Part shown: positions 16,089-23,194 of the stretch, piece after piece | Numbering within the stretch: position 1 is the stretch's first letter | How the letters are laid out: each line of letters begins with the position of its first letter | Source: Deltaproteobacteria bacterium | Lineage (GTDB): Bacteria; Desulfobacterota; GWC2-55-46; S146-73 | NCBI GenBank assembly: GCA_015492355.1 | Contig: WGFF01000222.1 | Span: forward strand, 1-25,150 | Direction of reading: 5' to 3' | Length of the DNA stretch: 25,150 nucleotides | Made by a program: the position numbers and the translations under genes | The notes under the pieces: model-generated | Database searches by the model: none | The model's input: only the letters and a program-made list of their open reading frames with translations | Told to the model about the DNA's origin: nothing

Positions 16089-19000
16089 ATGATAAGGGAT
16101 AGAGAACCTGTTGGCATTATGTGTTTCATGTGGTTTTTGGTCGTTTCTTTTTTCTCAATTCTCATCTTTCTGCCGTACAGGGTGATGGCTAAAGAAGAGG
16201 TGGTAGTACATCCGCCTATACCACTTCTCGATGAGGATGGAGAGCATGTACTTACAAGTGGGCGTCCCTATTCATCGAGAAAAAGTTGTGGTAACAACGA
16301 GGGCAGTGGTTGCCACAACTATGACTCCATAACCCATGCCTATCACTTCGAGATGGGAAGGAACGAGGCAAGGGATTGGTTTGGAAAGGTACGCAAGCTA
16401 CCCCATCTCGTCTCTCCAGGCTATTTTGGTGGTTACGCCTGCATGGGAGGTAACAATCCAGAGGTACTCGCAAAGAAGGTCAATACAACCGAAGATAGGT
16501 TTGCGGATAGGGGTTCACCTGGATGGGTACTTCGTTGTAGTGGTTGTCACCCAGGTGGTGGATGGATGGAAAGGGATAGGGAAGGCATAAGGTACGACAG
16601 GAGAGACCCAACAACAATACCATACCTTGATGGTGACTACTACAACAGGGGTACAACAGATTCCAATGAACCAGCAGGGTCTGATGTTGTATCCCTGTGG
16701 GACTGGAGGAAAAGTGGCGTTGCAGAGGCAGATTGTCTTATGTGTCATGTGGATCTGAGCAGGCTCAAGAAGTTCGATCCACAACTTTTAGGTAGTGGTA
16801 CAAGCAGTGCCCTGGATCACTTCAGAACACTGAGGAGGACCTATCTTGCAGGGCAGGGTTTTTTCCGTTTTATGGGTACAGCCATACTGGAATTTATAAA
16901 CCTCAACACAACGGATGACAACTCAAAGGACGAGTCAGCTGTAACATTCAGACGTACCTTGAATGGAGAACACAATGTACATACCAGGACAAAACCCCTC
17001 TACAGCCTTGTACTGAACGATGACGGAGAGCCCATACTCGACTGGAATGAATCAGCCTTCGATGGAGATAGAAAGATAGCCATCCCTATGCTTCGTTTTC
17101 CCGATAATGATAACTGTATGCTGTGTCACAGAACAAGCCCTGGTAGAAGAGGGTTTTACGGCTTCGGAGATGATGCAGAACCTACCTATGACGAAGATGG
17201 CATCCTTATAGATGAAAACTACAAGTATGACATTCACAAGGGCAAACCCTGGACAGAGAACGGCGTTACAAAGAAGATAGACAACTGTAATGCTTGCCAT
17301 TCAAGGCTTTATTTCAGACCAACATGGCAGAGCACAGACCTTGATGCAGACCATAACATTCTCAAAGGAAACTCTGATATGGACTGTGCAAACTATCTCG
17401 ATTATAGACCCAATGCAAGATCGTGCGAGTACTGCCATAATGATGCACCAAATCCTGCCATCCCATCGGGTCATAGCGATATGCTCTCTGCCCATACTGA
17501 GAGATGGAGGGCAAAGGGGGACCTCAAGGGGTATCCAAAGGACTCACTCCCAAGGATAGTCAAGGCACATCTGGATTCCATCTCATGCCAGGCATGTCAT
17601 ATAACCGGCAAGAAGGACAGACGGGGTAAACCCATACAGATTATGTATCGCTACCGTATAGGTCCAAAGGGTGGGCTACAGATTATACCCTACAATCCCA
17701 GGATACGGTACTACTGGAAGGACAGAAACAGCGGATACATACTGAACAGGACAGAACGAAACAGTGTGTTCATGCTTGCAAGGGATGATGAGGGTAAAGA
17801 TATAGGTGTAATAGTGGATCCAGTAAGTGGAGAGTCCTTTGGTGTCAGTGTATCCGCAAGGATGTCTCACGGTTCGTGGCGTTTTGGTGAACCAGACAGT
17901 TACGAAGGATACATCGCCCTTAAAAAGGCATACGACAGACTCCTTATGAAAAAGGGTTTTAATAACCCCGATTGTGTAATGGTCTGGATAGAATCCAATG
18001 AATATGTGATGTCTCATAACACAAGGAGTGCCACTGCATCACTTCAGTGTGCGGATTGCCATAGTAAGAAGCAGGACGGCTCATTTAGTGCCATTCTCTC
18101 ACCAGATGGCCTCCTCGGGACAGGGAATGTCAAGACCGTTACTACCCTGCCCACAAAAAGACTCGTTGAGGAGGGCATAGTTGAACTCGGAATGCCGTAC
18201 ATGAAGATAGATGCGGATGGAGTGGTTACGGAGAATGTATCCGACATACTCTATGCAACAAAGATAAATCCGTCTCTGTCGATACTGAATTCAGCGGTGC
18301 TAAATACAATAGCCCTTCCACCAAGGCTCCTTACACAAACCGAGGCTTTATCAGAGGCTAATATACACGATCATGAGGATATGCAGATGGTAAAGAGCCT
18401 TCTTTCCACAGAAAAGATATTCATCTTCAGATCCAATTACGGTAGCGACGAGGTAAGAAAGGTTGTAATCCTTGCAAGTGCAGATACATACACAAGGTTG
18501 TTATTTCCAACCTATACCGCAGAGATATCACTCGCAGATGAGAGGATAGTTAAGGATCTATCCAATCTTGGTATAGGCAACGTGGTTGGTGATGTTTTTT
18601 CGATGAGGGCATTCAATGCCTCTGGAGAGGAGATTAGCAGTTTCCCCGGTGATGGAGTGGTTGTAAAGATACCTTACAGAGGAACCAGTATCAGCAAAGA
18701 AAGGATAAAGATAATAACATCGCAGGATGGGACAGACTGGAATCTACTTGATCCAGAAAGGATACTCTCCATAAGAGTGGGTGATAACGGAACAGAAGGT
18801 TATGTCCTCTTCCGTACCGAGCACTTCAGTTACTATGGCATTGTGGATACATCCAGGTACATATCAGGCAGTGACCTTGTAGACTCGGTGCAGACCAAGG
18901 AAGGTGGTTGCTTCATTGCAACTGCTGTATACGGCTCATACAGTGATCCCCATGTGAAGGTACTAAGGAAGTTCAGGGACAGGGTGCTTCTCTCTTTTGA

Positions 19001-19235
19001 TGTGGGTAGAAGACTCGTTGAATTTTACTATACCTATAGCCCTTCATTTGCCACATGGCTTAAGGATAGTACAGTTGTAAAGGGTCTTGTAAGAGGAGCA
19101 CTCCTACCGGTCTACTGGCTGGCATACTTCATGGTGGGGATTACCCTTACAGAGCAGATACTGATAGCCACACCTGTGATATCTGCCGGTGTGATCTATA
19201 TCGTCATGAGAAGAAGGTCTGAGAAGACCGCATAG
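16089..19235 (+). CDS. Large exported octaheme cytochrome c (octaheme tetrathionate reductase-like heme pattern) with beta-rich surface domain and CFI-box-CTERM
   Basis: Seven CxxCH (CSGCH, CLMCH, CMLCH, CNACH, CEYCH, CQACH, CADCH) plus CGNNEGSGCH (CX7CH). C-terminal GGCFIATAVYGS...VLRKFRD...YYxYSP followed by hydrophobic helices. AAAGGAGG at 16071-16078 favours ATG 16089 (track start 16008). Confidence 0.82.
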   Translation: MIRDREPVGIMCFMWFLVVSFFSILIFLPYRVMAKEEVVVHPPIPLLDEDGEHVLTSGRPYSSRKSCGNNEGSGCHNYDSITHAYHFEMGRNEARDWFGKVRKLPHLVSPGYFGGYACMGGNNPEVLAKKVNTTEDRFADRGSPGWVLRCSGCHPGGGWMERDREGIRYDRRDPTTIPYLDGDYYNRGTTDSNEPAGSDVVSLWDWRKSGVAEADCLMCHVDLSRLKKFDPQLLGSGTSSALDHFRTLRRTYLAGQGFFRFMGTAILEFINLNTTDDNSKDESAVTFRRTLNGEHNVHTRTKPLYSLVLNDDGEPILDWNESAFDGDRKIAIPMLRFPDNDNCMLCHRTSPGRRGFYGFGDDAEPTYDEDGILIDENYKYDIHKGKPWTENGVTKKIDNCNACHSRLYFRPTWQSTDLDADHNILKGNSDMDCANYLDYRPNARSCEYCHNDAPNPAIPSGHSDMLSAHTERWRAKGDLKGYPKDSLPRIVKAHLDSISCQACHITGKKDRRGKPIQIMYRYRIGPKGGLQIIPYNPRIRYYWKDRNSGYILNRTERNSVFMLARDDEGKDIGVIVDPVSGESFGVSVSARMSHGSWRFGEPDSYEGYIALKKAYDRLLMKKGFNNPDCVMVWIESNEYVMSHNTRSATASLQCADCHSKKQDGSFSAILSPDGLLGTGNVKTVTTLPTKRLVEEGIVELGMPYMKIDADGVVTENVSDILYATKINPSLSILNSAVLNTIALPPRLLTQTEALSEANIHDHEDMQMVKSLLSTEKIFIFRSNYGSDEVRKVVILASADTYTRLLFPTYTAEISLADERIVKDLSNLGIGNVVGDVFSMRAFNASGEEISSFPGDGVVVKIPYRGTSISKERIKIITSQDGTDWNLLDPERILSIRVGDNGTEGYVLFRTEHFSYYGIVDTSRYISGSDLVDSVQTKEGGCFIATAVYGSYSDPHVKVLRKFRDRVLLSFDVGRRLVEFYYTYSPSFATWLKDSTVVKGLVRGALLPVYWLAYFMVGITLTEQILIATPVISAGVIYIVMRRRSEKTA

Positions 19236-19242
19236 AATGGAT

Positions 19243-19279
19243 AAAAACGGGCAGGTACTGTTTTTATGCCTGCCCGTTT
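19243..19279. terminator. GC-rich stem-loop after the octaheme gene (terminator or processing/stability hairpin)
   Basis: aaacgggcagg (19245-19255) and cctgcccgttt (19269-19279) form a perfect 11-bp inverted repeat. The U-tract is better on the minus strand than on the plus strand. Confidence 0.55.
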
Positions 19280-19302
19280 CGTTCTTTCTCAAGGAGGTCT
19301 TT

Positions 19303-19530
19303 ATGGAGGGGATAAGGCAGAAGGGTTTTAAGATACTTGAGAGATTGATCCCATGGATCGCTGGAGGAGGGATGTCAGCAGGCAGTGGATTGTTTTCGAT
19401 CTACTGCACTGTCCCGAGAGCAGGCAGTTGTTCCTTCTGCGGGGGCTGTGCGGTTGCGATCTTTTCCCTTGCAGGATGGGCTATTCTCAAGGGTGGATTG
19501 ACCAGAAGGTGCTACAGAGAAGACAGGTGA
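19303..19530 (+). CDS. Small (75 aa) membrane protein with C-X7-C-X2-C-X2-C motif
   Basis: AAGGAGG at 19291-19297 precedes ATG 19303; two hydrophobic segments flank CTVPRAGSCSFCGGC; GTGA overlap with the porin start. Confidence 0.65.
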   Translation: MEGIRQKGFKILERLIPWIAGGGMSAGSGLFSIYCTVPRAGSCSFCGGCAVAIFSLAGWAILKGGLTRRCYREDR

Positions 19531-20759
19531 GATACGGTCTGGTATTTTTCTACACGGTGGTATTCTTTTTCTGGCTCTTAAGTGATGTGTACGCAGGTAC
19601 AGAGATAAGACTCGATACCCTCTTTATGATGGACAATCGTTTTTTTAAAAAGAGGGTGATAATAGAGGAATGGATAGATATTACATACACGAACAGGAGA
19701 AAGGATATATCAAGCAACTTAAGTGTTGCTGGAAGGCTATGTGAAGATGGATGGTATGACAGTATCTATAAATTGTATGTAGAAGGAGGTTTCAACCTTA
19801 TAGATACATCTATAAGGTTTGGAAGGTTCGAGCATATAGGTCCATCAGGCTATCTCATACTCGATGGTGCCTCAATAAAGACCACAATGGATGGTATCCA
19901 TGTGGAGTTCTATGGTGGCAGTACCAGAAGGATAGAGGACTACATAGAAGCAGTGGATACCAGATGGATAGGAGGAATCGATCTTTTCTTCTCAGGAAGG
20001 GAGAGATATATCCCAGTATGGCTCAATACTGTAGAAGGTAGGATAGGATATTACAGAATAGATCCATTCGATACAGGAGAGGATGGATTTACATGGAGCG
20101 GATTTATATCTGGTGGGAGGGACGATGAAGGTGGATGGTTTGTGGTGTCTGAAGGCAATGTTGTTGCAGAGGGTATGAGAGCCGAAAGGGTATCTATGGA
20201 ATTGGGGCTTTCTCTTTTTAAGAAGGGAGAGATAAGGACAATCTATGAGATGTACAACCCTGACTCTGGCTATCTCACCCTTCGGGATAGATTCTACCTC
20301 CGTTACACTAAGGGATACGAGAGGACCTACGGAGTGGACATACATTATCCATTGAAAAGCCTTACATTCTACTGGAAAGGAAGAAGGGGATTTCACGGTA
20401 TCGGTAAAGACGGATACTCTACCCTTGCTGGCTTGGAGAAGGGCTTACGGGATGGCATGCGTATGGGTGCTGAGGCAGTTTACATCAAGATGGAAGAGGA
20501 TACATCATTCAGTATGTTTACCAAGTCCAGGATACCACTTTCTGAGCGGAGTACCATCAAGGTGGATGGAATGTGGCAGTTACAGAGAAAAGAGACAACA
20601 GGCAAAAACATAGGTGCGGGATTTTATTCCACCCTCGAGATGATGTTACAGGGGGATATCTTTGTTTCCATATATGCCATGCATGTATGGAACGATAATC
20701 TGGATGACGAATACATGGCAGGTGTACGGGTTACGAAATTTTTGAACTATTCTTATTGA
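19527..20759 (+). CDS. Outer-membrane beta-barrel porin of a porin-cytochrome complex
   Basis: GTG 19527 gives a signal peptide ending DVYA. Amphipathic beta-strand pattern throughout, aromatic C-terminus (EYMAGVRVTKFLNYSY), RFGRF motif, and it lies immediately upstream of three multiheme cytochromes. Confidence 0.75.
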   Translation: MRYGLVFFYTVVFFFWLLSDVYAGTEIRLDTLFMMDNRFFKKRVIIEEWIDITYTNRRKDISSNLSVAGRLCEDGWYDSIYKLYVEGGFNLIDTSIRFGRFEHIGPSGYLILDGASIKTTMDGIHVEFYGGSTRRIEDYIEAVDTRWIGGIDLFFSGRERYIPVWLNTVEGRIGYYRIDPFDTGEDGFTWSGFISGGRDDEGGWFVVSEGNVVAEGMRAERVSMELGLSLFKKGEIRTIYEMYNPDSGYLTLRDRFYLRYTKGYERTYGVDIHYPLKSLTFYWKGRRGFHGIGKDGYSTLAGLEKGLRDGMRMGAEAVYIKMEEDTSFSMFTKSRIPLSERSTIKVDGMWQLQRKETTGKNIGAGFYSTLEMMLQGDIFVSIYAMHVWNDNLDDEYMAGVRVTKFLNYSY

Positions 20760-20763
20760 GACG

Positions 20764-21363
20764 ATGGGGATAAGGGTTTTACGGATAGTATCTATTATTG
20801 TATTCATCGTTTGTTTTCAAAGCCTTCATGCCATTGGTGAGGATAAAAAGGGAATATGGTGGAAGAAAAAAAGGGAAAGTCTTTATTTCCCGCACAATGT
20901 ACATTTCAGAATACTGAAGGATAGGGGGGATCCATGTATGAGGTGTCATCCCTTTCTTCCAAACCAGGTGAGAGAACCAGGGCTTATACGAGAGATAACA
21001 CGTATTGTTAACGAACCACTTAAAGGTATCTGTCACAGCTGTCATGTGGTAGACAGGACTGCCTCTTCTGAATGCACTATATGTCATTTGAATCCAGAGG
21101 CCATACGTCCAGAAGGTCATGGTAAGGATTATACCTATCTTCACGGATATGATGCACTGAAGGATAGACCCAGATGTAGTGATTGTCACGTAAACACTGG
21201 ATTCTGCACGGGGTGTCATTTCAGAAGGGATACGGCAAGAAAGGTACTCCATGGGATAGGCTATCGCAAAAGGCACGGTATAGACGCAAGACTATCCACT
21301 GGTAGATGCGCCAGGTGTCATAGCAATCCATTCTGCAATAGATGTCACACAGGTACAAGATAA
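20764..21363 (+). CDS. Periplasmic heptaheme cytochrome c
   Basis: Signal peptide ending LHA; FPHNVH; CMRCH, CHSCH, CTICH, CSDCH, CTGCH, CARCH, CNRCH in 199 aa. Confidence 0.9.
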   Translation: MGIRVLRIVSIIVFIVCFQSLHAIGEDKKGIWWKKKRESLYFPHNVHFRILKDRGDPCMRCHPFLPNQVREPGLIREITRIVNEPLKGICHSCHVVDRTASSECTICHLNPEAIRPEGHGKDYTYLHGYDALKDRPRCSDCHVNTGFCTGCHFRRDTARKVLHGIGYRKRHGIDARLSTGRCARCHSNPFCNRCHTGTR

Positions 21364-22310
21364 TACTCATAGCCACATTATTTCTGTTATGCATAGGATG
21401 TGGTGCTGGAACAGATGAAGAAAGACGTTCCAGTATATCATCCGTACAGTCCTCAAGCCTTTTACTTACCCCATCCCACACAGGCTGGGGACTTCGGGAC
21501 TGCAAGGCATGTCACCCTCTATCTGTTATACACAGGGATAGAGGGGTCATAAAGGATATGGTCTCTGTGAAGGGTTTCACAACGTGTATGGGCTGTCATG
21601 GCGATAACGGTACAGATGGAGAGAGAAGATGTACCGTGTGTCATAACAAAAATGACATGCCTCTTAAACCCTATCAACATGGTGGGCATGTACACGGCTT
21701 TAGTGGGGATAATGGTCTTGAGGATTCAGAATGTATCATCTGCCACGATTCATCCAACATGAATGGTGTGTTCACCCCTTACAATGACCTTACCATCTTT
21801 ATGGATGAACATGGCACCTACTCAGAGTATACCAGTATATTTGAGTTCTGCCTCAGATGCCACAACAGATATCATCAGCAACCTGGTTTTGAAATCACAG
21901 GATATGAGTACACTAACCCACTTGTTGCGATGGAGGATAATTACAGATTTATCGACAGGCATGGCACTGTGGATGGTACAGGCGATGGTATATACAGGGG
22001 GCTACGGGAAGGCTATGAATACGGAACCTCTCTTGAGTGTACAGAGTGCCATAATGTACACGGAACCACCAACCCGTTCCTCCTGATAGACAGTACGGTT
22101 GCTGGTGTGAGGGGCCTTGACAGCAGTATAAGACTCCGTCCATACAGTATCGAGATAGATGGAGGTAATCTGTCTCAGCTATGTGTCATCTGCCACAAGA
22201 TGGATACGGTTCTGGATGATGGTGACAGGGATACGGGTAACGGACTTTCAGGTGTTCATTATGTGGAGTCCGATTGCACGGACTGTCATACCCACGGGGC
22301 TGGCTTATGA
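21342..22310 (+). CDS. Octaheme cytochrome c lipoprotein
   Basis: Lipobox-like LLCIG-C at residue 20 followed by a Ser-rich linker; CKACH, CMGCH, CTVCH, CIICH, CLRCH, CTECH, CVICH, CTDCH. Confidence 0.88.
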   Translation: MSHRYKIILIATLFLLCIGCGAGTDEERRSSISSVQSSSLLLTPSHTGWGLRDCKACHPLSVIHRDRGVIKDMVSVKGFTTCMGCHGDNGTDGERRCTVCHNKNDMPLKPYQHGGHVHGFSGDNGLEDSECIICHDSSNMNGVFTPYNDLTIFMDEHGTYSEYTSIFEFCLRCHNRYHQQPGFEITGYEYTNPLVAMEDNYRFIDRHGTVDGTGDGIYRGLREGYEYGTSLECTECHNVHGTTNPFLLIDSTVAGVRGLDSSIRLRPYSIEIDGGNLSQLCVICHKMDTVLDDGDRDTGNGLSGVHYVESDCTDCHTHGAGL

Positions 22311-23191
22311 AGATTATACCTGCATATATTACGTTCTTTACCATGATGTCTCTTTTATCCTTTACATCCCTGTGTGTCGGAGAGGAGGGAACAATCCATC
22401 CCCATCCTGTAGATGTAACGATTCCAGACGATATGGATGTACCTGAAAATTTCCCTTTGGGAGAGAACAGGACACTTCTGTGTGATACGTGCCATGGTGT
22501 AAGAGGGCTTGAGAACATAAGGAAGGCTAAATTGGATTCAGATTCAAAAGACTTTCTCAGGGGTGGACCCTATGAGGACCTCAAGGAGTTCTGTTATAGA
22601 TGTCATATAAAGAGGTATTACAGAAAGAGGCCCTTTCACAGGATGATAGGAAAGGACGGACGTATTATCAAAGAGAGGTGCATTTACTGCCATGTGGATG
22701 TGCCTGAACCAAGGTCAGCACATACTACCCGGGATGTAAGATTTCGCCTGCCACCAGAGAAGTTATGTATCGGTTGTCATCTACTTTCGCCACATTTCAA
22801 TTCCATGAATCATCTGGTAGAACCATCTGAAAGTGTAAGGAAGGCTATAAAAGGCTCTGAAAGAAAATACAATGTGAAATTGCCACTCGACTCACAGGGA
22901 CGGATTATGTGTGCAACATGTCATACTCCACACCAAAAAGGTGTGCTGAAACCAGATAATCCATCTGCAACACAGGTTGCGGATACAGATATCGAAGAAG
23001 GTATCGTTTATGTGGAATCTCCCTGGAACAGTATCTTTATGGATGACAAGGGAAAAAGGTTCAAGGAATTCTCATCTAATACAGGTATATCTTTGAACAT
23101 CGAATACAAGGAGGTGAAAAAGGAGGTCCTTTTGAGACTTCCGGCAAAGGATGGCACCCTCTGTACTGCATGTCATACATTCAGGGAATAA
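22307..23191 (+). CDS. Periplasmic hexaheme cytochrome c (doubled-CxxCH type)
   Basis: ATG 22307 overlaps the upstream TGA and gives a signal peptide; CDTCH, CYRCH, CIYCH, CIGCH, CATCH, CTACH; MCATCHTPH...LLR...LCTACH pattern. Confidence 0.88.
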   Translation: MKIIPAYITFFTMMSLLSFTSLCVGEEGTIHPHPVDVTIPDDMDVPENFPLGENRTLLCDTCHGVRGLENIRKAKLDSDSKDFLRGGPYEDLKEFCYRCHIKRYYRKRPFHRMIGKDGRIIKERCIYCHVDVPEPRSAHTTRDVRFRLPPEKLCIGCHLLSPHFNSMNHLVEPSESVRKAIKGSERKYNVKLPLDSQGRIMCATCHTPHQKGVLKPDNPSATQVADTDIEEGIVYVESPWNSIFMDDKGKRFKEFSSNTGISLNIEYKEVKKEVLLRLPAKDGTLCTACHTFRE

Positions 23192-23194
23192 GCC

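Noticed and set aside
19237-19526. Long N-terminal extensions of ORFs 19237-19530 and 19353-20759
   Set aside because: 19237 runs through the stem-loop and precedes the real Shine-Dalgarno. 19353 overlaps the small gene and buries the signal peptide. Starts at 19303 and 19527 fit better.
19527-23191. Naming these genes mtrB/mtrA/mtrC
   Set aside because: Heme counts (7, 8, 6) and the ~410-aa porin differ from decaheme MtrA/MtrC and the larger MtrB; only the architecture is analogous.
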